Positions 39,774-48,241 of a stretch of 64,000 nt of DNA are shown here, one piece after another. Every line of letters begins with the position of its first letter. The first letter of the stretch is position 1. The notes under the pieces are model-generated. The model was not told where the DNA came from. It saw only the letters and a program-made list of their open reading frames with translations, and searched no databases. The translations under genes were made by a program, and so were the position numbers. The stretch comes from a virus, in IMG/VR virus record IMGVR_UViG_3300045988_179268, positions 96,001 to 160,000 of that record; one strand, given 5' to 3'.

Positions 39774-39787
39774 GCCCTATATTTTAA

Positions 39788-40588
39788 CTAACGCCAAGAC
39801 TCCGCGTGGTTCAAATCGCCTTCACAATACGCATAAACAACATCAAACATCTCAGGATACTGCTTAATAAACTCCGCCGGACTCATGCCAGCATACGCCA
39901 AACTAGGACCACCAATCAAAAGCGCCGTCTGAGTCGAACTAAAAGCATCGGAAGACCCATACACCCCCAAAAGCTTCACAATATCCTCCCTCACAGAACC
40001 GCCCTCAAACTGGAAACCAGGGTACCCCATGACACCCACCCACGCCGGATGCTTCGAAAAATCGGACAAAGGGAACCTAAGCACACGATTACTCTTAACC
40101 ATCTCCTCCAACTCACCCGAAGTCACACCCAAATACTCACAGACAGCACGCTCCGTATAGACACCCTGCAAATCTTCACCAAACACCGACTCCACGGCAG
40201 TAAGACCCCTTGAACCCTTGGCGACGGCAGTGTCAATCCCCTCACAAATGTAAGAAGTAAGCTTCTCCCCGTCACCCTCAGCGACATCAAGATACCCCGC
40301 CTCGCACAAGTCATCAACAGCCTTGCAAAGCATCTCCTTAACCCCCTCAACAGTTAGCGGGAACTTGCCTCTACCACCATAAGCAGAATAATAAGGCTGA
40401 GAACCCTCACGTTCACGAAGCATAAACAGCCCAACAGCCGCACAACAATGAAACAGCAAAACACGTTGAAGAGACTCAGTAATCACAACATCACCAGAGC
40501 CAACCTTCACATCAACATACTCACAAACCTCCTGCTTCACACCAGCAAGAACCTCAGCCTGCGCACTAGAAATAACACGAGAAGACAT
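39788..40588 (-). CDS. hypothetical protein, HTH-like plus C-terminal 'FQF...SP' module (family 2)
   Basis: 266 aa. ERAVCEYLGVTSGELEEMVKSNRVL, GYPGFQFEGG and LIGGPSLAYAGMSPAEFI. Confidence 0.55.
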   Translation of the reverse strand: MSSRVISSAQAEVLAGVKQEVCEYVDVKVGSGDVVITESLQRVLLFHCCAAVGLFMLREREGSQPYYSAYGGRGKFPLTVEGVKEMLCKAVDDLCEAGYLDVAEGDGEKLTSYICEGIDTAVAKGSRGLTAVESVFGEDLQGVYTERAVCEYLGVTSGELEEMVKSNRVLRFPLSDFSKHPAWVGVMGYPGFQFEGGSVREDIVKLLGVYGSSDAFSSTQTALLIGGPSLAYAGMSPAEFIKQYPEMFDVVYAYCEGDLNHAESWR

Positions 40589-40629
40589 TAAGCAACCCCC
40601 ACAATAGAAAGAAAAATAAGTGCAAAACT

Positions 40630-40638
40630 ATGATACCA
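40630..40638 (-). promoter_or_regulatory. extended -10 promoter (TGgTATCAT) for 39788..40588
   Basis: The minus strand reads tttggtatcat ~40 nt upstream of ATG 40588. Confidence 0.45.
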
Positions 40639-40713
40639 AACAAGGCAACACAAACACTAAAAACTGGGAGGGGTGAAACAAAAAACTTCACCCCTCCCAG
40701 CACCTACAAACGG

Positions 40714-41910
40714 CTACCCGCAATACCGCACAACCGCAAGAACCGCATCCACATACTCATCACCAAGACGCGCATACTCAACAGGCGCAACCAACCCAAA
40801 CCACGGCGACGGACTCTCCAAAAACTCAACAATACGGTCATCACCCCAACCCCAATCACGCAACTCACCCACAAGACGCACAGACCCAGAGAAAAACACC
40901 CAATCAATCACTAACCCATCATCCCCATAAACAGGCATCAGATGCACACCCTCAACAATATAATCGCCATCCCCATACTTCCCCGCCAGCAACTCGCCAG
41001 ACTCACACATACCCGCCACTACATCCTCAGGAACCCCCAACCCCTTAGCTACCTTGTGGGGTGGCAAACCAGCCCAACGGACACCATTAGAACGCTCATC
41101 AATACTAGCGAAACGGTGAACCAAAACACCCCACGGGACACGCAAAACCTCAGCCAAAGCCCCCAAATCAGCCAAAGAACCGCCACCCACAGACGGAACA
41201 ACACCTGCCACCGTCAAAGCAACAACATTCCCCGGCACTGGAACATTACCCACACCAGCACGCCCCCACGCACGCCCAACAACCTCAGCGCGCCGCCCCA
41301 ACGCACATTCACGCGCATCATCCAACACAAGAGCAACCAGAGCCTCATCACCCGACATCAACAACTCAGCCGCCGACAAAAACCCATACTCAAACGACGG
41401 CGTGAACAAAAAATCATCAGTAATATGAGGCTTCACACCAACAGCCCTGAACATCTTCACACACTCAAAAAACTCAGGGTTAAACCTCAAAGCGCCCTCA
41501 CCAGACACACTCCAAACTCCCTTACCGGCACCACCCCAAAACTGGGCACGAGTAAACAGCAAAGCACCCTCCCAGATGCCACCATTAAGGTAACCCTCCT
41601 CATACAGGCGCATCACCTCAGTGCCCGGCAACCCCTTATCCTCCAGCTCAGCCAAAGACAACCCGTCACCCCACTCACAATAAATACCCCACCCGGCAGA
41701 ACCGCCTCCAAACGCTTCCTCCAAACGCTCATACATGAACTCAGTAGAGACACCAAGAACACTAGAAACTAGCTCAAAATGCTCATTCTCCCAATCATAA
41801 GTAGACTTGGGAAGCCCTAAAGAACGAACCCTCAACACATCCTCAGCAGAGAAAAACTTGAAGCCAGGGTACTCATCAAAAACATTGTGCAACATGGAAG
41901 TAGCCTCCAA
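40714..41910 (-). CDS. hypothetical protein (family 2, duplicated module)
   Basis: 398 aa. GGAGG RBS before ATG 41910. G/V/W-rich. C-terminus FLESPSPWFGLVAPVEYARLG. Confidence 0.55.
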   Translation of the reverse strand: MEATSMLHNVFDEYPGFKFFSAEDVLRVRSLGLPKSTYDWENEHFELVSSVLGVSTEFMYERLEEAFGGGSAGWGIYCEWGDGLSLAELEDKGLPGTEVMRLYEEGYLNGGIWEGALLFTRAQFWGGAGKGVWSVSGEGALRFNPEFFECVKMFRAVGVKPHITDDFLFTPSFEYGFLSAAELLMSGDEALVALVLDDARECALGRRAEVVGRAWGRAGVGNVPVPGNVVALTVAGVVPSVGGGSLADLGALAEVLRVPWGVLVHRFASIDERSNGVRWAGLPPHKVAKGLGVPEDVVAGMCESGELLAGKYGDGDYIVEGVHLMPVYGDDGLVIDWVFFSGSVRLVGELRDWGWGDDRIVEFLESPSPWFGLVAPVEYARLGDEYVDAVLAVVRYCG

Positions 41911-42054
41911 AAGAAAAACAAAAATACTTGCACTCCCTATAATACCCCCCCCCTCAAAAAATCAAGAAAACACGCCGGTAAACATCTCTAGATACAATAC
42001 ATCCCACGCATAGAAGAGAATTAGAACACCCCTAAAGAGCATCCATCGCAAATA

Positions 42055-42065
42055 TGTGGTACAAT
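42055..42065 (+). promoter_or_regulatory. extended -10 promoter (tgTGgTACAAT) for 42179..43000
   Basis: Exact match to the island consensus. The ~110-nt leader contains the perfect hairpin ggttgagg-tgag-cctcaacc (42077-42096). Confidence 0.5.
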
Positions 42066-42178
42066 CTAAACATGAAAGGTTGAGGTGAGCCTCAACCCAC
42101 CACCCCACCCTAACCATACAGGGAACCCAAAAAAGGGGCGAACACCCAATCATTAAACACAGAAAGAGAGCATCAACA

Positions 42179-43000
42179 ATGCGAAACATCACCCCCTTCC
42201 TCTACTGGGAAACCCTCAACACCAACGACGGTATCCTCCTCATCCCCACCGACAACACCACCAACGACCGCATGGCAATCTACACCATCGACCAGGTAAC
42301 CAACACCGACCACGCCACCGCACGCCTGCGCCACGCAAGCTTCAACGCACCCAAGACCATCACCCTCACCCGCACCAACGGACAGCTCACCACCAACGAC
42401 CTACCAGACCTCAAAGCCGTAAACATCGGCACCCGAGGCGACGCTATCGAACCCACCTACTACGCCGTCGAAAACGACGACAACATCACCATCTGGTACA
42501 GCACCGAACACTACAACGACATCGCCATCGCACACACCCTCAAAGCCAACGGAGAAACCCGCGTAATCTTCCACGAACCCGACGAATACGATACCCCCGA
42601 AGGCGGGTACAACATCTGGACAGTCCTCCAAGCAACCGAAAACTACGAAGACACCGACACCCTCCCCGAAACCTTCAACATCCCAGAAGCCAACACCGCA
42701 CCTCTCACCCCCGAAACCGCACTAGCACTCCACGACACCCTCAACCACCCCGAATACCACACCCTCAACGACAAAGAAACCCTCGAAGAAGAACTAATCT
42801 CCCTCTGGCAAAACATCTCAGACTACTACGCAATCCCTGGCGAAATGCACTGGGTATCCGACACTGAAATCCTCTGGCGCGCCAAAGACTACCTCACCAC
42901 CGTACACGACATCGCAATCAAAGAAGGACGCGCCAACCTAGCCAACCAAACCCTCCACCACATCAACACCATCACCACCCACACCAACTACGAAGAATAA
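42179..43000 (+). CDS. hypothetical T/N/D/H/E-rich protein (A+C-rich coding strand)
   Basis: 273-aa ORF with diverse, protein-like sequence (..ILWRAKDYLTTVHDIAIKEGRANL..). It has its own promoter. Only one short mirror ORF lies antisense. Confidence 0.55.
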   Translation: MRNITPFLYWETLNTNDGILLIPTDNTTNDRMAIYTIDQVTNTDHATARLRHASFNAPKTITLTRTNGQLTTNDLPDLKAVNIGTRGDAIEPTYYAVENDDNITIWYSTEHYNDIAIAHTLKANGETRVIFHEPDEYDTPEGGYNIWTVLQATENYEDTDTLPETFNIPEANTAPLTPETALALHDTLNHPEYHTLNDKETLEEELISLWQNISDYYAIPGEMHWVSDTEILWRAKDYLTTVHDIAIKEGRANLANQTLHHINTITTHTNYEE

Positions 43001-43021
43001 CCCCCAAAACACCAAAAGATA

Positions 43022-43057
43022 CCCCTGGCAACCCGCACAAACACGGGAAACCAGGGG
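43022..43057 (-). terminator. hairpin terminator, U-tract only on the minus strand
   Basis: cccctgg / ccagggg with inner cccg / cggg. The minus strand continues tatcttttggtgtttt. Lies 27 nt after the stop of minus ORF 43084..45360. Confidence 0.55.
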
Positions 43058-43083
43058 CATCTTCCTATACCACCAACAACACA

Positions 43084-45360
43084 CTAACCACCCAAAACCG
43101 ACACAACCTCACCCACCGAAACACCCAACCCCAACACCGGCGAACCAACCGGCACATCAACCCAACCACCAGAAACACCCCAACCAGAACGACCAAACAA
43201 CCCAGCAGACCCACCACCACCAGAAACAACCCCCACCGGCGAACCAAACCCCTCACTACCAGCCACAAACCCCAAACCCAACCCACCATCCAAACCACCA
43301 CGCCCAGAAACAACCGAACCAACAACACCAGACAAAACACGCCCACCAACAGACCCCAAAACACCATCCAAACCACCACGCAACAACCCCCACAAAACAC
43401 CAGAACCCAAACCCGCAACCCTACCAAACACCGGACAAACCCCCGACAACCCCAAACCACCACCAACACCAGACACCACATCAACCAACCCCACCACAGA
43501 CGAAACACCCCTCAAACCACCAACCAAAGAACCCACCGGCGACCCACCAGGCAAAACACCACCACCAAACACACCCGACAAACCCCCAACACCCCACAAA
43601 CCAGACACACCATCAACCACACCACCACAAGAACCAGCAACCCCCACCGACAAAACACCACCACCAAACACCGACCCAAACCCCACAGGAACAAGCCCCG
43701 CCCCAAACACAAGAGAACGCCACAACCACCCATCAACATCAACCACAGCCCCAACACCCCCATCAACAAAACCACCATCAACATCAAAACCCTCAACAGC
43801 ACCAACAACACCAGACACACCCGGCACAAAACCACCAGCCCCAACACCCCAAACACCAACCCTACGCCCAAAACCAGCCCCAACACCACCACCACCCAAA
43901 ACACCCAAACCAGCAGACGACAAACCCCAAGAACAAGACAACCCGCCAACACCAGAAACACCCCCACCAACCGGCAACCCAAAAACCCCAACAACACCCG
44001 ACAAATCAACACCAAACCCCGAAACAGAACCCAAACCAGCCAACGCATCCAACCCAGACACCCCCGACACCAACCACGGCACAGCAACCCCAACACCACC
44101 AGAAACCCCACCAACATCCGCCGCACCAGCACCCACACCACCAAACCCAGCAGAGCCAACCCCACCAAAATCAACCCCACCGACAAAATCACCAACGGGC
44201 AAACCAATCGGCAAACCGCACACCCCAGACCCCATAAACAACCCCACTGGCGAACAACCCAACATGCCCAATAACCCATCAACCCCACCAGCCACAGAAC
44301 CACCAAACCCAGACGAAGAACCAAACCTCACGCCAGAACCACCCACAACACCAAACAAACCCGAACCTCTAGAAGCCCCCACAGACCTATTAAAACTAGT
44401 AGAAGGTAAAACAGTACCGCCAATAGACAAAACACCCTCAGAAGCCCCCTCAAGCCCCGTAGAAACCCCCTCTATAGTAACCCCATCAGTAGCAGGCTCA
44501 GAAAACTCCTCGCCACCACCCCAAAAACCCTCAACAAAACCGCCACCAACACCAACCCCCACAAAACCCCCAACACCATCCACAACACCAGACGAGCCCC
44601 ACCCCACCGACACACCAACCCCCACAGGCTCAACAAAACCGGCACCACGAAGCGAACCACCCCAAACACCAACCCGCCCATCAACCCCCAACAACCCAAC
44701 AACACCAGAATCAACGCCCCACAACTCAACACCAACCCCACCCGGAACAAACACCCCACACACACCACCAGACAACCCATCCCCCAACAACCCAGAACCC
44801 AAACCACCAACACCAACACCAGACTCCAAAACACCACGCCCAACAACCACAACAACCACACTCCAAAAAAGAAAAAACAAAAAAATAGTACACCACAAAC
44901 ATAGCCACAAAAACACCCCCACCCAGACAACCCCCAAAAAACAAAACCCCCAACACCCACCCAACAAACAAAAACCCCACAAAAACACCCCCACAACAAA
45001 AAAAACCAAACCAACCACCCCAAGCAAACCCCAAAAAACAACGCACCACAAACCCAAAACCACACAAAGAACTTGGGCAACACTAAAAATAAACACCAAA
45101 AACACGAATAACCAAGACACAAGACACAAGAGAAAAGGAAAAAGCAACAAGACATAACAGACACAGACACGCAAAGAGGAAAGCAATAACACTACAAAGA
45201 AAGAAGTACCCAGGATAAACAGATACACAAAATAAACACCAATACACGACAGACATAGAGGATAAGCGCAGACACATACACCATAAACAGAAAGAAGCAC
45301 AGGCACACAATACGCAAGCACAGAAAAACACGAAGGCAACAACAGATACAAGAGACACAC
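43084..45360 (-). CDS. candidate G/V/S-rich low-complexity protein (start uncertain; coding strand unresolved)
   Basis: 758-codon stop-free frame, with a minus-strand terminator just downstream. Composition resembles the G/V-rich N-terminus of 37459..39102. The N-terminal C/W/F-rich 170 aa look unnatural. Confidence 0.3.
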   Translation of the reverse strand: MCLLYLLLPSCFSVLAYCVPVLLSVYGVCVCAYPLCLSCIGVYFVYLFILGTSFFVVLLLSSLRVCVCYVLLLFPFLLCLVSWLFVFLVFIFSVAQVLCVVLGLWCVVFWGLLGVVGLVFFVVGVFLWGFCLLGGCWGFCFLGVVWVGVFLWLCLWCTIFLFFLFWSVVVVVVGRGVLESGVGVGGLGSGLLGDGLSGGVCGVFVPGGVGVELWGVDSGVVGLLGVDGRVGVWGGSLRGAGFVEPVGVGVSVGWGSSGVVDGVGGFVGVGVGGGFVEGFWGGGEEFSEPATDGVTIEGVSTGLEGASEGVLSIGGTVLPSTSFNRSVGASRGSGLFGVVGGSGVRFGSSSGFGGSVAGGVDGLLGMLGCSPVGLFMGSGVCGLPIGLPVGDFVGGVDFGGVGSAGFGGVGAGAADVGGVSGGVGVAVPWLVSGVSGLDALAGLGSVSGFGVDLSGVVGVFGLPVGGGVSGVGGLSCSWGLSSAGLGVLGGGGVGAGFGRRVGVWGVGAGGFVPGVSGVVGAVEGFDVDGGFVDGGVGAVVDVDGWLWRSLVFGAGLVPVGFGSVFGGGVLSVGVAGSCGGVVDGVSGLWGVGGLSGVFGGGVLPGGSPVGSLVGGLRGVSSVVGLVDVVSGVGGGLGLSGVCPVFGRVAGLGSGVLWGLLRGGLDGVLGSVGGRVLSGVVGSVVSGRGGLDGGLGLGFVAGSEGFGSPVGVVSGGGGSAGLFGRSGWGVSGGWVDVPVGSPVLGLGVSVGEVVSVLGG
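44264..45157 (+). CDS. alternative reading: P/T/K/N-rich disordered protein (frame open from 43088)
   Basis: By hand translation the plus frame is stop-free over 43088-45157, but there is no ATG/GTG/TTG before 44264 and no RBS. Shares wobble positions with the minus ORF. Confidence 0.2.
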   Translation: MPNNPSTPPATEPPNPDEEPNLTPEPPTTPNKPEPLEAPTDLLKLVEGKTVPPIDKTPSEAPSSPVETPSIVTPSVAGSENSSPPPQKPSTKPPPTPTPTKPPTPSTTPDEPHPTDTPTPTGSTKPAPRSEPPQTPTRPSTPNNPTTPESTPHNSTPTPPGTNTPHTPPDNPSPNNPEPKPPTPTPDSKTPRPTTTTTTLQKRKNKKIVHHKHSHKNTPTQTTPKKQNPQHPPNKQKPHKNTPTTKKTKPTTPSKPQKTTHHKPKTTQRTWATLKINTKNTNNQDTRHKRKGKSNKT

Positions 45361-45709
45361 AAAAGAAGATAAGAGGCAACACAGTACGTATACACAAGAA
45401 AGGCAAAAGAAGCATAAAGAGAGGACATAAGAGCGGAAGGCACATATATGCTAGAAACACATAGGGATACACGCAGACTAAGTAATACACGACAGGTATA
45501 GAGAGGGTAGGTAGATAGGGTAAGCACGCATAGGATGGCACACGGTATATACGGAGGGGCTAGAAACGGTTAGTGGGTGTGAGTGGTGGTAGGTTGGGCA
45601 GGGTGGAAGGTGGTGTGGTGGTTGGGTGTGGTGTGGGTCATATTGCTCACGCGGTTGGTTGCTCTTTCCCTTTTTTCTTTCTCCTTTTCTTGTGTTTTTG
45701 GTAGCGTGC

Positions 45710-45772
45710 TGTGGCGCGGGGTATTTTTGGGTGTTTCGGTATGTGGGGGAATGTATCATTTGCCCTAGTCAG
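45710..45772 (+). repeat. 63-bp direct repeat, copy 1
   Basis: tgtggcgcggggtatttttgggtgtttcggtatgtgggggaatgtatcatttgccctagtcag is identical to 45955-46017. Confidence 0.9.
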
Positions 45773-45811
45773 GACGTTTTTGCGTTTTGGGTGACAGGGC
45801 TGTAGTAGTGG

Positions 45812-45843
45812 CTTAAAATCAACCTGTAGAAGTTGATTTTAAG
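45812..45843 (+). terminator. hairpin 40 nt after repeat copy 1
   Basis: cttaaaatcaac / gttgattttaag, then gtgtttt. Confidence 0.4.
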
Positions 45844-45954
45844 GTGTTTTATATAGATTTTTGAGGTGAATTGGGTTGTCTGCGTCTTTGGCGCAGGGGT
45901 TTTGGTGGTAATTATGACGTTTTTTAGGTTTTTTGGGTGGGTTTTTGTGTGCAT

Positions 45955-46017
45955 TGTGGCGCGGGGTATTTTTGGGTGTTTCGGTATGTGGGGGAATGTA
46001 TCATTTGCCCTAGTCAG
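45955..46017 (+). repeat. 63-bp direct repeat, copy 2
   Basis: Identical to 45710-45772. The two tracked ORFs read the repeat in different frames, so it is probably non-coding. Confidence 0.9.
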
Positions 46018-46058
46018 CGCGTTATGCACTTTGGTACAGATTCTCATTTTCAGGGGTT

Positions 46059-46086
46059 AAAAATCAACCTCCAGGGGTTGATTTTT
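46059..46086 (+). terminator. hairpin 42 nt after repeat copy 2 (same stem core as 45812-45843)
   Basis: aaaaatcaacc / ggttgattttt. Confidence 0.4.
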
Positions 46087-46220
46087 GGTAAGCGCATGGT
46101 GCGAGCGCGATTTTAAGCCTTGGTGCCGGGGTGTCGAAGGATGGTTTTTATTGCTTTGCGGGTGCCAGGTGTGGTAGGTTGCGCCATTGTGTATCACAAG
46201 CTTGCGTGTCGTCTATTTTC

Positions 46221-46231
46221 TGTGGTATAGT
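46221..46231 (+). promoter_or_regulatory. extended -10 promoter (tgTGgTATAGT)
   Basis: tgtggtatagt lies 77 nt before ATG 46308. The leader has hairpin ggcgggtaa-tcg-ttacctgcc. Confidence 0.5.
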
Positions 46232-46307
46232 TATAGGGTAATCATATGGCGGGTAATCGTTACCTGCCGTTATTCTTCATCTTGTTCCTATGGAGGGATT
46301 GTTAGTT

Positions 46308-46661
46308 ATGGCTTTTAGTGTTGAGATTCAGGTTAGGGCTAAGAACACTTATGCCCGGTTGGTGTGTTCTTTGTCTGAGATTGGTGCGCTGTTCTCTACG
46401 GGCAGTTTTGTGAAGGCGGCGGTTTTGAATTTGGCGATGTTTGATGCGAGCGCTTCGTCTGCTAATCCTAGTGTGTGGGATGGGGTGGATGAGAAAGAGC
46501 GTCGCTTGCAGTGGTCGTACAATGAGTTGCGTAACCTTGCGTCTTCTTTTGCCCCCGATTGGGCTGAGGCTGTTGCTAAGGATGATGAGGCGCTGGCTTT
46601 GGAGATTTTGAACGCTGTGGATGATGTGGTTTCTTATGCGCGTGAGCGTGTATTTGGTTAG
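46308..46661 (+). CDS. hypothetical protein
   Basis: ATG 46308 after GGAGGG is preferred over the tracked start 46290. 117 aa. Confidence 0.55.
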   Translation: MAFSVEIQVRAKNTYARLVCSLSEIGALFSTGSFVKAAVLNLAMFDASASSANPSVWDGVDEKERRLQWSYNELRNLASSFAPDWAEAVAKDDEALALEILNAVDDVVSYARERVFG

Positions 46662-46675
46662 CACTGTCTTGTGTT

Positions 46676-46732
46676 AGCGAAGGGGCGGGTTCCTGTTTGG
46701 GTTCCCGCCTCGCTTCTCTACTTTTGGTTTTC
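46676..46732 (+). terminator. hairpin plus T-rich tail
   Basis: agcga..ggcggg / cccgcc..tcgct, then tctctacttttggtttt. Confidence 0.6.
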
Positions 46733-46830
46733 TGCTTGGGTGAGTGTGTGCTTGCTTGGGTGGCATGTTTTGTTTTTGTGGGTGGGTGTTCTGCCTGCTT
46801 CATTGAGTTTATTGAAAGGGAGTTTTGTTG

Positions 46831-47916
46831 ATGTCTGTTTTTCCTGGTGATGTTGTGTCTACTGTTGTGGGTGTTCTGCATGTGCAGACTATTGTTATGG
46901 AGCGTTCGCGTGAGGATGTGTCTTTCGCGGTGTCTGGTGTTGATGGTGGGGGTGTGGTTCACTCGAACATTCCTATTGGTGAGGGTGTGGTTCCGTTGGC
47001 TGTTGATGTGCCTGAGTCTGAGGCGTTGGTGTGGTTTGACCGTGAGCGTCGCTTGAAGCGTTTGGGGGATGCTGTGTTTAGTCCTGGTGATGGTGTTAGG
47101 GCTTTGGGTAAGCTGATGGAGGGGCAGGGTGTTGAATTGTCGTTGTCTGACTGTGAACCTGCTGAGGCTGTTGTTAGGTGGCTGGGTGAGGTTGAGGCTT
47201 CTCTGGTTGGGGCGAGGGCGTGGGTTACAGGGAAGCGTATGGAGTGCCTGCGTGCGTTTGAGGATTTTCATGCGGGCTGGTTGAAGTATCATAGTCGCCC
47301 TTGGGGTGAGCCGTCTTTGGGTGAGCGTTGTGATGTGCGACCTGGTATTGGGTTTAGGTCTGGTGGTGTGTATCGGTTCCGACGTGAGGGTGCGCCTATT
47401 GAGGATGGGTATGAGTATTTCAAGGTTGTTCGTACTGTCGGTCAGCCTGAGATTGTTATTTATGGTGCGTCTACTGAGGTAAGTGAGTGTCTGGGTTTTA
47501 TTCATGGTGTTAAGTATGGTCCTAACTATGATTATCTTCTCCTGCTGGCTGAGGTTGGCGGTAAGAAGATTTCGATGCTGGCGGATACTGTGAAGCTTCT
47601 GCCTATTGGTTCTTTTGAGGATATTGAGTCTTACCTTGAGTTGAGTGAGTATGAGGACGTTTCTCTTCCTGGCGCATTGCGCAACATTTTCCTTGACCTG
47701 TTTGCCGCTGGTGACGGTAAGCCTAAGTGCCTGCCCTCCCGTGAAGAGCTTAACGGTGGCTACTACGGTTGGGGTGATGACTACGGTAAGCGTTGTGGTG
47801 AGTTGATGGAGGCAAGTGCTGACATTCTGTTCGATATTGAGAAGAGTATCGGGTATGTCCGGTGGTTGCGTGAACAGCTGGTAGGCTTCTATCGTGAGCT
47901 AGGGTTCACTATCTAG
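46831..47916 (+). CDS. family-1 paralog (V/G-rich, G+T-recoded copy)
   Basis: Aligns with 52996..54063 and 60347..61120 (VSGV, WFD, ARAWV..KR.ECL, VYRF, GKPKCLPS, FDIEKSIGYVRW). RBS GAAAGGG. Confidence 0.65.
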   Translation: MSVFPGDVVSTVVGVLHVQTIVMERSREDVSFAVSGVDGGGVVHSNIPIGEGVVPLAVDVPESEALVWFDRERRLKRLGDAVFSPGDGVRALGKLMEGQGVELSLSDCEPAEAVVRWLGEVEASLVGARAWVTGKRMECLRAFEDFHAGWLKYHSRPWGEPSLGERCDVRPGIGFRSGGVYRFRREGAPIEDGYEYFKVVRTVGQPEIVIYGASTEVSECLGFIHGVKYGPNYDYLLLLAEVGGKKISMLADTVKLLPIGSFEDIESYLELSEYEDVSLPGALRNIFLDLFAAGDGKPKCLPSREELNGGYYGWGDDYGKRCGELMEASADILFDIEKSIGYVRWLREQLVGFYRELGFTI

Positions 47917-48161
47917 GGGGGTCGCCGCCTAGGGAGGGGTGGCGTATGGGAGCCGCTGAATCCTCCGGCTACTAGGTTTGGGTGACCGCTCTTGTAGTTG
48001 ATGGCGAGCGCTCTCTTGGGCGGCTATGTCTTAGTGGTGGTTGTTTGCTGGTTGCTTCGCTAAGTGTGGTGATGGGTGTGAGTGCTTGAAGGGTGCTCAT
48101 GCCCATCATTTGTTTCTGCTGGGGTGAGCCACACACTATAGCTTGCGCCCCCGTCTGAATC

Positions 48162-48172
48162 TGTGGTATAAT
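48162..48172 (+). promoter_or_regulatory. extended -10 promoter (tgTGgTATAAT)
   Basis: tgtggtataat lies 70 nt before ATG 48242 (RBS GAGGAG). Confidence 0.55.
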
Positions 48173-48241
48173 TAAATTGTTCAATCGGGGGTGTTTCCCG
48201 TAAAGCCAATGACCAATACGCATGTTTGAGGAGTCACACAA

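Larger units (their letters stand above)
43060..45560. repeat. extreme low-complexity tract (plus strand almost only A and C; becomes A-rich, then A/G-rich toward 45.5 kb)
   Basis: By my count only 16 T in 43088-43800 (713 nt). Multiple overlapping ORFs on both strands. Confidence 0.9.

Noticed and set aside
37575-41772. Plus-strand T/N/P/R/H/Q-rich ORFs in the A+C arm (37756-38016, 38071-38580, 38198-38494, 38788-39042, 39806-40213, 40630-40930, 40942-41772).
   Set aside because: These are mirror images of the minus-strand genes. Stops are rare simply because T is rare. The sequences are low-complexity, and they lack RBSs and promoters, whereas the minus genes have both plus recognisable domain patterns.
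43421-43435. LPNTG (sortase LPxTG-like) motif in the plus PT-rich frame.
   Set aside because: It is not followed by a hydrophobic helix and basic tail; the sequence continues QTPDNPKPPPTP. It lies mid-tract and upstream of any start codon. Most likely a chance occurrence in P/T/N-rich sequence.
45213-45265. DnaA-box-like ttatcc cores on the minus strand (45213-45218 and 45260-45265).
   Set aside because: Only the 6-nt core matches the 9-mer TTATCCACA consensus. Such matches are expected by chance in this composition.
43065-45541. Additional overlapping minus-strand ORFs in other frames (43065-43508, 43512-44324, 44472-45170, 44726-45067, 45083-45541, 45192-45527).
   Set aside because: They are by-products of an A-poor strand, where all three stop codons need A. 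Their products are L/V/C/W/F-only strings. They do not share the triplet phase in which the rare bases are locked.
45710-46017. Possibility that the 63-bp repeats are a CRISPR array.
   Set aside because: There are only two copies, they are 63 bp long with a 182-bp spacer, and there are no cas genes. The architecture does not fit.
45583-46060. ORFs 45583-45768 and 45866-46060 covering the 63-bp repeats.
   Set aside because: The identical repeat is read in different frames in the two ORFs. The products are G/V/F/C-only strings, and there is no RBS.
46302-47505. Minus-strand ORFs 46302-46664 (120 aa) and 46576-47505 (309 aa) in the G+T arm.
   Set aside because: These are mirror ORFs of 46308..46661 and of the family-1 paralog 46831..47916. 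The plus-strand reading is supported by homology to two paralogs elsewhere in the window.
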